Translations under genes and position numbers: made by a program
The notes under the pieces: generated by a model
The model's input: the letters and a program-made list of their open reading frames with translations, nothing else
Database searches by the model: none
What the model was told of the DNA's origin: nothing
Shown: positions 19,844 through 32,567 of the stretch, piece by piece
How positions within the stretch are numbered: the first letter of the stretch is position 1
How the letters are laid out: each line of letters starts with the position of its first letter
Source of the DNA: Haliotis cracherodii
Taxonomy: Eukaryota
DNA length: 64,000 nt
Direction: 5' to 3'
NCBI RefSeq assembly: GCF_022045235.1
Contig: NW_027266308.1
Location: 28,458,001-28,522,000 of the forward strand

Positions 19844-19971
19844 TAAGGATTGACTGTGTATTTTATTCGGTTCATTGAGGTATAAATCGAAAAACCGATG
19901 TGCAAAAGTTTGCACATCGGTTTTTCGATTCATACCTCAATAAACCGAAAAAAATACACAGTCAGTGCTTA
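19844..19971. repeat. About 128-bp imperfect palindrome (MITE-like)
   Basis: GACTGTGTATTTT..TCGAAAAACCGATGTGCAAA-ag-TTTGCACATCGGTTTTTCGA..AAAATACACAGTC. Confidence 0.7.
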
Positions 19972-20997
19972 TAAATAAATCTGACAACGTGAAACATGTT
20001 TTATCTACAATAGTTTAACCCCAAACAGTTGCATATATCAAAACAGACAAAAATGACGACATTGATAAACATTCCAGGTGTAGGAATACATACAGTAGCG
20101 TGACATGAATCAGGTGATCGTTTAATTTATGCACATAACTTGACACGCCTACACAGTCAGTAGCTTATCAACGGAGAGTGGGATTAAAACAATGTTCATT
20201 TGACCTGTCAATTAAGGCAAGAGGCGAAAAGACTTGCAACAGTCAGACTGTAACGAACCGGAAGAAATATGTCCGAGAGAAGGCTGCTGTTTCAACTAAC
20301 ATGGTCATTTACTTCGTGATTCAAACATTCCTTCCCTGATTACGGTAAAACACAGTTGGAGAAATGCTAGTTAGAAATGAAACCCGAAGACATGAAAGTT
20401 GAACCGAGGCGAGCGGAAAAAAAACAGGCAAGCGAGCCTGCACGTTTGCTGTTTCATTCATTCTCGGCCTTCGGTTTCAAAGGGTAGTTTGGACATTGAA
20501 TAAGCATGAAAGTCACTAAATGTCCTGTACATGACGATACACGTGAGCAGAAAGGGAATTCCCTCGACTGTAATATTGGGATTCCCCGACATTCCGCAGT
20601 AATAAAAGTAGTGCGCCGCGGTGGGCGTGGCTTAATTTTTTACATTCATTGGGAAATGAATGCAATAAGACGTGACCAATTCAGCTAATCAGAATGCAGG
20701 AATTTCCATGAACATGGCCACAATATCTGAACTAGCAGAATATGCAATAAAGTACACAACTAGATCAAAGTTGTTCTTAAATCTTGGTCAAACGTACTAA
20801 TTAATTAATGTGTTATCTCTTTCGCCATTCCGAATAACATGTTTTTCAAATTTTGGATTGGTCAAAAACAAAATACCAATCAAGAAAAAATATTCATACA
20901 CAGTATAAAGTCCGAATGTTTTCCGGAATCCAATCCCATGTAACTTCGCTTTTCAACCAATCAAATTGCAGCACACACGTAGTCTTAGTGCAATTAC

Positions 20998-21280
20998 TGC
21001 ACTTACATAACAACGTACATGAACGTGTGTGTGGCTGCTTGTACTAGTCCGAACTTTTGCTGGTTTTATAGTGCCAGCTCATTGAGATACCGTGCAGCTG
21101 GCATGGATACCCCAACCAGACACTGTATACGGATATCCGAGCTGACAAGTCCTTGTTTTATCCTATTAATGCCGAGTGCCAGGCAGGGTAATAAAAAGTA
21201 TCATTTGGTTTGACGCGGCCAGGGGATGGAACCACCGACCTGCCGCTCTAAGGACAGATGCTCTACCCACTAGACCAGTG
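20998..21280 (-). mobile_element. SINE family E
   Basis: Reverse-complement match to 2821-3167. Confidence 0.7.
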
Positions 21281-22014
21281 GGCGTTTACTTATATATGTG
21301 TTTAGTTTGACTGACATTGAGTCCCAGAAATACAATTTTAAATTAAAAAAATAATATAAATTTTATCTCCTAAATGTAAAATAATATCCAAATGGCGCCC
21401 AGGACAACCCTTAATATAGACATGCCAAATTATCCTAGACTTAAGTTGGACCCCTTTTTTAAATTAATTCCTTATGATCTGGGAGACAGGCTAATGTTTA
21501 AATTAGGAACTAGTCTAACTAATTTACCTAGACTAATACGTAGTCTATGAAAACATTTATTTACAATAATTGTATTTTTTGCAAAGGAACCTTCCCCCTG
21601 CTGCTGTTTTCATATGTGGAATCAAGGAAACTAGACTTGGTTTAGTTTCCAGTCATGGCGCAGGGCTACTACTTACCCTACTACCTAATATAACAACGCA
21701 GGTTCAACATGTGTAGGAATACAATAAATCGTCTTCTGAGGCAAAACAGAGTATCTGATCATGTTAACCTGAGAAACAAACCAAACAATTTTATCAAATT
21801 CACCAGCATATTTACTCTGTAGACAAAAAACAGAAATACGGAAGTTTTATCATGGTGGAATTAAAATAGGAGTCTTTGCCAGGTAAATCAGTGGTCGAAT
21901 GAGTAAACAACGACCAGCGTCGACTTTGTACATTAAAACACGTTCAGCCTAATCATATATGTTACTGTATGATTATTACACCCCCACCGTAGCACAATGT
22001 ACCATGCCACATAA

Positions 22015-22260
22015 ACAACCAAGTCACCGAGCCTGACCATCCAATCCATTCAGTCGAGGGGTGGTGGGGTAGCCCAGTGTTTAACCGTTAACGCGTGACG
22101 CCGAAGACCCGGGTTCGATTCCACACATGGGTACAATGAATACCATTCCAATGTCCCCCGACGTGATAGCTGGAGTATTGCTAAAAGCGGCGTAACTAAC
22201 TCGCCTCTTACGACAATGTATTGGCTGCTTGGGACATTTATAACCCCGAATCACCACGGA
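22015..22260. mobile_element. SINE family A (+, about 22058-22200) inserted into a SINE family B remnant (-)
   Basis: The family B sequence ...CAGTCG resumes as TCGCCTCTTACGAC after the family A copy. Confidence 0.65.
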
Positions 22261-23006
22261 GAAATTGCCATGTAAGTTTAAATATATGTCAATTAAAGCC
22301 TCATTGCAAACGTTACCTCACCAAATACCGCCTATACACCAATCCAATCCCTAAATAGAAACGCTTGATACGGAATGTCTGAACTCCGAGCCTTACATTC
22401 CACTCGAGAGTTTTTGTACAAAACTCTTACACAGATGCCCCAATTCTATATATAGGCCACTGCGCACATGCTAGTATATATGTATGTATGTTTGATATAA
22501 GTGTATTTGGTAATTGTATCTATTGAAACTTAAACAAGCTCTATATTTGTAACGACAATGAGTTAAACTATCAAAAGAGTTTTGTTTTGCGAAGAATTTT
22601 GATACAGAGTATAAGAAGCCGGAATGTGGGCAATGCATACTCAGGTTAGGGGAGCGCCATTAAAATCTCAACAAGAACTCTCGTACTGGACACACCTGCT
22701 GATGACATAGCATACAATTAGCGTGTACACCAAACACGCGCAGGTGCTTAAGCATTAAGACAAACAGGAACAATTTAGTGTTCGACACATCATAGTTTTT
22801 CATGAACATTTTGTCATGATGAAATGAGTTGATGTGTCACTGGCATAAATGAACGTAAAGACACGTTTCTATATTTTGCGCTATTTCAGTATTGAAACAA
22901 GCTTTGATGCTAGAAGTGACTGTCAGGTTGATCAGGGTGTATTTTATTGTATTCATAGTACGCCCTGAATAGGTGTGAAATCCTGATATTAGATCTTCGA
23001 TTAGAC

Positions 23007-23219
23007 TAGACTAACATCTAGTCTCTGAAATAAACATATCGTACAGAACAAAAACAGTTGTTCAATTATCTTAATAAAAATATCATAAAAAAAGGAGCCC
23101 AGAGAATTTTTTCATTTTCAAATAGTGATACAGCAGTAATCTAGACTTGCCAAACATTATAGCTTGCATGGGCTGGTTTTTTTTATATATAGTTGTATCA
23201 GGGCCTGTAAGACAGACTA
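23007..23219 (+). mobile_element. Family G non-autonomous DNA element (TAG...CTA ends, Academ-like)
   Basis: TAGACTAACATCTAGTCTCTGAAA ... GACAGACTA, flanked by cGATTAGAC / aGATTAGAC. Further copies at 31278 and 40330. Confidence 0.6.
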
Positions 23220-23421
23220 AGATTAGACGGAAAATAAGGTTTTTAAGGTTCACTACTTGTAACTGTTTACAAGTGGGCGGTGATATATGCTGGACAGAAG
23301 GGAGCTTCTGTGGGAACGGATGGAGGGATAGGTTCCAAGAGCGGTAGAGCGCGGAGAAGTATACAGTTTACGAGCAGATATAGCACACTTCCACTGACCG
23401 GATCAAATTTATAACTGATTG

Positions 23422-23760
23422 TAAGGGACCGGTCAAGTATTACAGGGGGCGGGTGGATGGGGGAGGTGTGAGAGGTTTTTGATGCGCTAATTTGCTGAAA
23501 ATAATGACCCTCACCTAATGCTTGTCATTTTGTTTGATGACCCTCCCCATGTCATTATAAAATAAATCATGACCGTCCCTTAAAAGACAAAATGCAAAAG
23601 CACTTGATATTTTATAATGAAATGTCATTTTTACATGACATCCCAAAAATATGTGTAGTGTATTTTTATGACCCTCCCGTAGAAACTGTCATATGTTTTG
23701 CTGCTCCTCCCCAAATTCCATTTTACCCACCCCACCCTATAAAATATGGCCGGTCCCTTA
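23422..23760. mobile_element. MITE with TAAGGGACCGG TIRs
   Basis: TAAGGGACCGGTCAAGTATT ... AAATATGGCCGGTCCCTTA; internal ATGACCCTC subrepeats. Confidence 0.6.
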
Positions 23761-24294
23761 TCAATGAACATTGTATAGATTAAATATTTTACAAAACATA
23801 TCACAGGTTATTGGTAAATTGTTATTACTCTAAGTACTGTAGCCACGCTTGTTTTGCTTGGTACATATGACATTAATGTACAGTCATAGTTATATTCTAA
23901 GTGTTTCCTAGAGTGATAGTTGTGACCTCTACTAATGGCAGTTTTTGTATCTTTGAGGTTTTCAACGCGAAAACATGCTATAGTTACTGTGTTTTGTTAA
24001 AACAAAGTTTATTGTACGATATGTAAATTTGTTTGTGTATTTATAAAACCGAAAAGTTATCCCATTAACGCCGAGCGTCAGGCAGGGTAACAGCAAATAC
24101 CACCTTTTAATGTCTCTTGGTATGACGCGGCCAGGGGATCGAACCATCGACCTTCCCCTCTCCCGGCAGATGCTCTATCCACAAGATATATAACTCGATA
24201 GGCGGTATTTTCAAAACAAGATGAACTTCTTTAAAATCACTCATTTTCTACTTCTAGGTAGGGATCAGTTTCATGGTATGGTTTCACTATACTA

Positions 24295-24577
24295 GACCCG
24301 TGAAGATCCGATGTAGAACAGGTCTTCTAAATGGCGGCTATGCTTGTCGTTACAGGCGACTAACCGGATCGGGTGGTCAGGATCGCTGACTTGGTTGATG
24401 CATGTCATCGTATCCCAGTTGCGTGGATCGATGCTCATGATATCAATCACTGGATTGTCTGGTCCAGAATGGATTATTTACAGATCGCCGTCATATAGCT
24501 GGAATATTGCTGAGTGCGGCGTTAAACAACAAACAAACAAACAAACAAACAAACAAACAAACAAACAAACAAACAAA
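24295..24577 (+). mobile_element. SINE family B with expanded (AAAC)n tail
   Basis: Starts GACCCGTGAAGATCC; tail microsatellite at about 24528-24577. Confidence 0.8.
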
Positions 24578-25624
24578 CTTGCCTGTATACGACATGAAGT
24601 TTGTTATAACTGATATTTGCAATGTGATGTCAAGAGTTCAGAATCGATTTTACACTTTTAACATTTTAAGCATCTTTTTTAAAGGAAAGAAAAAGGAGCA
24701 TGTGAGGCCCAGTCTTCATCTTCATCTTTTAGCAACTATAACCGGTGTCCCTGATAGTCTTCGTTTGCGTCCAAGGACCATGTAATTCCTATGCTATCTC
24801 GGTGTAACAAGCTACCTTTTAATAAGTAATAAGATTGTTAACGCCATATTTAGTTTGAAAAAAGAAAGCAATTTGAGTGACGTAAAAGTCTGTGTTTGTC
24901 AGAAATATTTCATATTACTCACATTTATCTGATAATGTCGCTATCCCCATGGCAATTTTCATCAGTTTTGGTGCAGTGAACCTGAAGGAACCTCCATGGG
25001 ATTCCGGAGTAGCAATGTCGAATTAACTATTCGTACAATGTTCGGGTAAGTGGTTGTTTGGTGCGACCAATGTAAGGGAGATAACTCCTATATAACTATG
25101 ATCAAGCACACATATTGGCGGCCACGGAAGCGAGGCAGCTGTGAATGATGCATCATTTTACTATTTAATCCCAATTTTGTGATAGTTGTTATAATTCAAT
25201 AATTCATTTTTGATGTCATAAAATTGATTTTTAGATATCAATGAATACATTTCGATTACAAGATAGCCTAGCGCGAATCATTGATATCACTAAATCGAAT
25301 TTGTGATATAAATATGCCTCAGATTTTAGATATCACAAGTTCGATTTTATATGATAAATACATTTTAAATGGTACCTTTTAAATATCACAAAATAGCTTT
25401 TAAAATGGCATTAGGTCATTGTGGAGATTGTGTTACACTGTCATGTCGACAGCCACAGCTGTTGTTAGGCTTGTCTTTGGATTAGTTCTAATTTAACTAT
25501 TGTACTGATTGAAAACTTTTGATGTACATAGTTTAATTTTATTAATTGGTGGCTTGTAATTATCAACTGGGATTTTAAGTGGCTTTGCCCTCAACAGGGG
25601 TTGCAGTTAATGTCCCCCAGAGCG

Positions 25625-25914
25625 NNNNNNNNNNNNNNNNNNNNNNNNNNNNNNNNNNNNNNNNNNNNNNNNNNNNNNNNNNNNNNNNNNNNNNNNNNNN
25701 NNNNNNNNNNNNNNNNNNNNNNNNNNNNNNNNNNNNNNNNNNNNNNNNNNNNNGTATTCTATGTTTTNNNNNNNNNNNNNNNNNNNNNNNNNNNNNNNNN
25801 NNNNNNNNNNNNNNNNNNNNNNNNNNNNNNNNNNNNNNNNNNNNNNNNNNNNNNNNNNNNNNNNNNNNNNNNNNNNNNNNNNNNNNNNNNNNNNNNNNNN
25901 NNNNNNNNNNNNNN
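25625..25914. other. Assembly gap (two N runs around a 14-bp island)
   Basis: N at 25625-25753 and 25768-25914. Confidence 0.98.
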
Positions 25915-27334
25915 GCTATATATATACCACTGTTCAAAACATAGAATATTGGTCATTATAAGTTTTGCTAAATTGTTAACTATCACCAGCGACTGAAGGA
26001 ATGATGCAAAGCCTGCAGGGGTACCGTTCAGGTAGCAGAGATACCGTAAGTCCCCATGGCCAGAGTATGGTGGTCTAATTTGGTTGCTGGCGATCTGTCG
26101 CCAGTTTTTATTATGTATTTTTATGTTTAGTGATCTTTTTATGGTTGCATACTTATTTTACTGTCCTTTGTTGACAGGTTTGTATAAAGTCCAAATAAAT
26201 CTATTATTAGTGTCACACTTTTAATTGTCACGATATGATTGAATTACTGCGGATGTGATTTTAAATTTTAACTCACTCACTCACTTTGGATGATCGCAAC
26301 ACCTGTGTTCAAAAACCTATAAACTTGGAGCCAAATGAAAGTATACCGAGTTGTTAAATTTGATTGTCTATTTAAACTTCTCTCAACAGTCTGTTGTAAT
26401 CTGTTGCTGTGTAACTTTGTGTAAGAGTAAATAGGTTCGATGAAGAATGGGGTAAGAAATGAAATTGTCACCACATGACCCGACCATGTTTGAAATGTTG
26501 TTAATTTTCAAAGATTCCTATCAGCAGTTGTTTATTATGCGAATGATATCTCTTTATTTTTAACAGTTTTAATCAAATTATATTTAAAATAAACAAACCG
26601 CATAGAAGTATTCTTCTAGTGCTGGCTAAGCCCCATTCAGTTCATGTTTTGTATATGTATCGCTAACTTAAGGTATTTTGTATTGAAAATCAAACATATG
26701 ATTAAATCAACTGAGAAGTATAGTTTCTTTTGCTACTCAATATATATCTCCTCTTGTAAACTGACCATGTTGACGGGTTTACTAGTGGCTACATCACTCG
26801 AGGGACATATCATATTATCGGGCAATTCAAGATAATCATTAACACATGATTAAGGTTGTATAATTTGACACTAAAAGACAAATGTTTCTATTTACGTATT
26901 TTTACTTACTTATCTTTCATGTCCTAGTGTGAAAATCGTTATTATGTCAGTATGACGGATTGAAAGTAGTTCCGGCATGGAGAGTTATTATACTGGAGTG
27001 GTGAAATGTCGATTCTTAAATTTTCGATTATGGCGCAGGTGTACTATTTTATCAATTAAAAGTACACGAAAATCACTCTTGGATCTGTCATACTAATCTG
27101 ACATATACTTAGATATTTATTTGTACATGGACCTGTAGACTGCATCACATTGTCTTTTAAGAAGATTTTTTTCTACCTGTTACAACTTCAGCTGACGTCT
27201 ACACCCTAACGTACCATGGCAACAGGTGTAAACATGATGTTATGTTAAAATAAGATCAGAAATATCGAGATGAAAAACAAGTTTCACATCCTTTACACAG
27301 TCATGAGAATTGATGAAAATTTTATGTAGTCTAG

Positions 27335-27618
27335 AGTGAGTGAGTGAGTGAGTGAATGAGTTGGGTTTAACGCCGCTTTTAACAGTATACCAGTTATATC
27401 GCGGCGTGTCAGCTTAATTTGGGAGGAAAGCCTGAAGTGATGCAGATCTCAGACGTTTACCACTTCGGTGAAACCCACGAGCACGGGTATGGTGCTGACA
27501 AACCTAGAAACATAATCGGGGCGAACCGGGATTCGAACCCACAATCATAGGCTTCTGGCGTGCCCAACTCTGCACAGCGAATCGCGGCACCTTAGACGAC
27601 TGGGCCACCCGTGCCCCT
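27335..27618 (-). mobile_element. tRNA-derived SINE family D, near full length
   Basis: Reverse complement reads GGGCACGGGTGGCCCAGTCGTCTAAGG ... GGGTTCGAATCCC ... GGCTTTCCTCCCA ... GCGGCGTTAAACCCAAC(TCAC)n. Confidence 0.8.
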
Positions 27619-27751
27619 TATGAAGTTTAGATTTACACCAAGTCTTTAATATTAAAATATATAGGTTATGTCTAATGGTGATATAGTCTGGACAGTGTGG
27701 ACATAATTACTAATACATATGATATAAGATCTGTCATCATGAAAGCTGCAT

Positions 27752-28038
27752 GACCGCCTCCGTGGTCTAGTGTATAGAGTGTCAGCCCGGGGAGCGGAAG
27801 GTTGGTGGTTTGATCCCCTTCCACGTCATACCAAAAAATGTAAAAGATGGTACTTGTTGTTACTCTGCCTGGCGCTCGACATTAAGGAGTTAAAACAAGG
27901 ACTTGGTCGGCTCGGAGTCAGTAAACTGTGTCTGAGTGGGGTATCCATGTTAAACTGTGGCATGGTATCTCAGTGGGCTGTCACTATAAATGCGGCATTA
28001 GGCCAGCAGACTAGAACGAGCACACACACACGCACGCA

Positions 28039-28070
<32 letters not shown>

Positions 28071-28071
28071 C
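27752..28071 (+). mobile_element. SINE family E ending in a (CA)/(CACG) microsatellite
   Basis: Match to 2821-3167. Confidence 0.75.
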
Positions 28072-28279
28072 CTTAAAGTTCGAACAAAGACTGTCTTTTT
28101 TTTCACAACACTGGCATTGAGGCCGAATATCGTGTTCTTATTCTCTACTCAGCCTATCGTGGGTATAGTGTTATTTAGAGAACCGTAGAATCAAGCACAA
28201 TGTTCTGTGGTCTGGCCATTCTCTCAATACATTGTTTGTTCGTTGTTATGAATACATAATGCCATTTAGAAAGTGGTCA

Positions 28280-28581
28280 AATGTAACAAATGTTATATTT
28301 GGGATAACACTTTCTTAGTAAAGTACAGATTCCCGTACTTTTTTACCCACACTTTCCAGAGTGAGGCACCTAATCGCCAGCCCACAAAGTCAGCGATCTA
28401 ACCCACTGAGCCACTGAGGCTTCCACAAAAAATGAAAGTCCGACAACTGGTAGTCTAGATCACGTACTTTGAGTACCCCTCTGACAAGTGTAAATTGGCT
28501 GTCGGGACTCAACCCCCCAAAAGTACGAGAATCTGTACTTTGCTAAGAAAGTGTTATCCCAAATACAACATTTGTTACATT
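28280..28581. mobile_element. TIR element (about 60-bp TIRs) carrying a tRNA-like segment
   Basis: AATGTAACAAATGTT..GGGATAACACTTTCTTAGTAAAGTACAGATTC and its reverse complement. Related partial copy at 32367-32567. Confidence 0.65.
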
Positions 28582-28695
28582 GTTCGTTGTTGTTTAGCAA
28601 TATTCCAGCGGCCTAAAAATAATCCAGACACACCAGTGATCGATATTGCGAGCAACGATCCACGCAATCAGCCAAGCCACCGAACCTGACCACCT

Positions 28696-28857
28696 GGCCC
28701 CACTTGCACAAAACGATCTTAGCGCTAAAACTATTGTAAGCCTATGTTAAAGCATGGGAGTTAAGATCATCTTAGCGCAAAGATGATCGTAACTCCCATA
28801 CCTTAACATAGGTTTACGACAGTCTTAGCGCTAAGATCGCTTTGTGCAACTGGGCCC
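28696..28857. mobile_element. Palindromic MITE family F (Harbinger-like GGCCC ends) inserted in a SINE B remnant
   Basis: GGCCCCACTTGCACAAAACGATCTTAGCGCT ... AGCGCTAAGATCGCTTTGTGCAACTGGGCC. Confidence 0.7.
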
Positions 28858-29059
28858 ATTTAAGTCGCCTCTTAGAAAAGGTTGCTGGGAATCTATTTTA
28901 ACCCGCGCGCCCACGGGGTTAAAGACATTACGTGGACCATGTATAAAACTCTTACATATTCTATGTAATGAGGGTTATCACTTACTATTAGGATTATATA
29001 CATAATACTTGAGTGAACAAAACAATTGATATTTTAATGACTTCAATCAAAATTACCAG

Positions 29060-29327
29060 GGCCCCTTTTAACAAAGCGATCTCAGGGCTGTGACAGTCAT
29101 ATAAGTCTATGTTAAAGTATGGGAGTTAGGATCATCTTAGCACTGTGACAGTCATAAGTTTATGTTAAAGTATGGGAGTTAGGATCACCTTAGGGCTGTG
29201 ACAGTCATATAAGTCTATGTTAAAGTATGGGAGTTAGGATCACCTTAGCACTGAGACAGTCATAAGTTTATGTTAAAGTATGGGAGTTGTGATCTCCTCA
29301 GCGCTACGGTCGCTTTGTGAAACGGCC
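29060..29327. mobile_element. MITE family F with four internal tandem units of about 53-55 bp
   Basis: Same TIR type as 28696; CAG on both flanks; unit CTGTGACAGTCATA(TA)AGTCTATGTTAAAGTATGGGAGTTAGGATCACCTTAG. Confidence 0.75.
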
Positions 29328-29362
29328 CAGACTGCTTGATTCAATGTGTGTAATATATAGAG

Positions 29363-29491
29363 AATCTCACACGAGTGTCTTTTGATATAAAATATATCAA
29401 CACGAGTTGATAAAAGTGGAAAAATTCCGAGGCTTGCCGAGGATTTTTGCCACTTTTATCAACGAGTGTTGATATATTTGAGGGTGAGATT
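29363..29491. repeat. Palindromic element centred on CCGAGGCTTGCCGAGG
   Basis: AAATATATCAACACGAGTTGATAAAAGTGG ... CCACTTTTATCAACGAGTGTTGATATATTT. Confidence 0.65.
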
Positions 29492-29766
29492 TTATTTATC
29501 ATCCAACATCATTCCTCCAACTTTTTCAATTTGTAGACAGTAATTAGCAGTGTTTTCAGTGTAAAAAGTACTGCTAACAGCTTCAGTAGCAGAGCCATTA
29601 GTGATGTCATTTGATTGTGATGTCATGGTTACCGGTGACGTCACAATGGTCTGCAAAGCAATGTGATGTAATCCAAGCAATATCTCCTGTGGAAGCCAGT
29701 TTTGGATGATAAAAGTATTTATAATGTGTATCTGTCATGTTTAAGCTCTTTGGGCTTTTGGTATAG

Positions 29767-29972
29767 GGTTGGTTGGTTGGTTGGATGTTTTACGCCACAC
29801 TCAGCAACATTCCAGTTATATGACGGCGGTCTGTAAATAATCGAGTCTGGACCAGACAATCCAGCGATTGACATCATGAACATGGATCCAGGCAATTGGG
29901 ATCGATGACATGCTTCAACCAAGTCAGCGAGCCTGACCACCCGATCACGTTAGTCGACTCTTACCACAAGCA
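29767..29972 (-). mobile_element. SINE family B, 5' truncated
   Basis: Reverse-complement match with an (AACC)n tail. Confidence 0.8.
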
Positions 29973-30026
29973 TAATCTATATTTTGAAACTAATCTCACA
30001 CTATGTGCACCCATGCACAGTAGATG

Positions 30027-30192
30027 AGGGCCGATCGGGTAGCCTAGTGGTTGAAGCGTTCGCTCGTCACGCCGAAGACCCGGGTTCGATTCCCGACATG
30101 GGTACAATGAGTGGAGCCCATTTTTGTGTCCCCCGCCATGATATTGCTGGAATGTTGCTTAAAACCGGCGTAAAACCATACTCACTCACTCA
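30027..30192 (+). mobile_element. SINE family A
   Basis: A and B boxes plus the shared tail. Confidence 0.8.
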
Positions 30193-31277
30193 CAATAGAT
30201 GATATTAACTGTCTTCTCTCTAGTGTATCCATGCGTGTATTTAAGTGTCAGTTTACACCAGTGGAGGAAAGGTAGATATGCAACACTGACCGGCAGGTAT
30301 AACTCTTATTACCACAATTCTTCTCACAATTTCCCACCTTGTTCTCAGCCATCAATGGGAAGCTATATATACAGATAACCTAAATATAGTGAACCTATTC
30401 ACAGCGCCCTTGGCCTGTTTACAAGCTCTGACTGGAAACCGCTCATGTGGAACCCTTAAAGATTCTGCCTTAATTATAACATGCATTGAACCCTGTAGTT
30501 CGACCGTGACGAAGTTATCCACGTCCACCGCCTCCAGCTGTTATAGGGGGTTGTCAGTTCGCTGCAGGCTCCCAACACTTGGGGTACGAGGTACGAGGCA
30601 CAACGTACACTGGTCAAAGTCCACTTTCTATAACCCTGCACCCAGGCAGACAAGCAGACGTAACCAACCACCCGCGGGAGGAGACTTAACTCGCCCTCAA
30701 CTCTCTTCACAACTGATTACATTTCCAAAACCTAAACGTAAGTATGTAATATGTATGTAATATTCAGCTTAATGTTCATGGCAGTGGCTTCCCGTAAACA
30801 CTGGTGCCAACACAATAGGATTAGCAAAGTTGCAACTTTGCATGATCCTACACGAACCCAAGCAGCTCGCAGTATCTGTAAGGGATTCTCGCTGTTTAGG
30901 CCAAAAATGTTATTTACATTCGCTGTTCGTTGAGTATAGCCACGGACCTAAATAACCCTGTGGTAACATTCTTAATTAGGCCGTGGTGGGGACTTTTGTT
31001 AATGCAATATATACTATGGAATATGTTCACGTGGGCGTTGTTTGGATATGATTTCGCTGTTGACACTCTTTGGAAGACATGTATACATTACACAGTACAA
31101 AAGTCTCCGGACAGAAGGTTCAAGAATTGATTCTTGTTAACTAGCAGTATGCTGTAACGCCTGGATGGACTTTATACGCCTTCCAGTCTTTTCCCCTTCA
31201 CAATTCAGCTGCTGCTCACATCCTTGGGCTATTCCTAAACATAAACACAGCCCAGCATCGACAACTTTCCGCATACC

Positions 31278-31477
31278 TAGACTTACATCTAGTCTCTGAA
31301 ATGAACATGTCGTACAGAAAAAAACAGTTAATTAAATAAAAATATAATAAAAGGGAGCCCAGTGACTCTCTTCATTTTCAGATATTGGTACTGCAGTAAT
31401 CTTGACTTGCCAAACATTAGAGACTTGCTTGGGCTATATTTGATATATATTGGTATCAGGGTTTGTAAGACAGACTA
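31278..31477 (+). mobile_element. Family G element
   Basis: Match to 23007-23219; flanks cCGCATACC / tCGCATACC. Confidence 0.6.
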
Positions 31478-32366
31478 TCGCATACCCTAACACCCCCTCC
31501 CTGCCCCCTGTTCACCACGGCCGAGTTTCGGTTGAAATGTGCAGCCAGATGTCTTCTAAATGCCATTCAAAGACTTGGGCAGCCAGATGTTTGTCGTCGT
31601 GCTGCTCTGCTCTCGCGAGAACACAAGCATAACTTTGTTATTTTACCCGCCCATGACACACGGCGTGTACATTGGTTTTGTATACATTCAACCGTAACCC
31701 CTCAGCGTAATCTCTCCGCGATTTTGTAGAGTATTGTATGTAGATGTACTGTATAAATCTGACGCGCTTAATCGATCGAGGCATTGAAACTCCTGTGTAG
31801 TATAGAAATATTTCCATGATTAAACTAACGGTCTAAATTTATTGCAATTGTACATCGTACCATTAGAACTAAATCTGAAACGTAACCGCCATTACCATCA
31901 TCGTTTTTATTGCTTTATAATCATCATAAATATATTTATAGTAGTGATTAGAGCATTAGATTTATAAGTGATACGGCGACAAATACTGTTGTGTTCAGGG
32001 GATTATAATTGTTGCAGGAATTTAAACGCATTTTGTTAGAAATATTTCTGTACAACGGCAATAAAATTTCGATTACAGCACAGCTGTATGAGCTGATCAA
32101 ATTCCAACTTACCAGCATATAATATAACAGACCATAAAATAGATCTATGTTGATATCAACTCAAGTAATTTGCGTAGCGTATCATTTATTTGGTGATATG
32201 GGATATTGGTGGGGGAACAGCACAGGTGCGACCCCCCCCTCCCCCTATTCAAAATAAAGGCGGTGAGAGGGATTATAGGTAAACGTTTTCCAGCACTATA
32301 ACTCACAACTGTAATATATGTTTTCAATAAAAACAAGGCATCTGCCAAACGCATATAGCAAATATT

Positions 32367-32567
32367 AACACTTTCTTAGTAGAGTACAGATTCTAGTACT
32401 TTTTTTGGGGGGGAGAGACCCTTCTGGGATGATTCGAACCCACACTGTCAGAGTGGGGCGCCTAATCGCCAGTACTGGGATGATTCGAACCCACACTGTC
32501 AGAGTGGGGCGCCTAATCGCCAGTACACAAAGTCAGCGATCTGGTCCACTCGGCCACCGAAGCTTCT
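32367..32567 (-). mobile_element. Partial TIR element with tRNA-like segment and a 51-bp tandem duplication (32424-32525)
   Basis: Reverse complement has GGTGGCCGAGTGG ... GGGTTCGAATC; same TIR as 28280. Confidence 0.6.

Noticed and set aside
25575-25996. ORFs spanning the X-rich region
   Set aside because: Artefacts of the N gap.
30027-30110. Functional tRNA genes (also at 2821, 38521 and 61615)
   Set aside because: A and B boxes are present, but there is no proper acceptor stem and each continues into a SINE body and tail.
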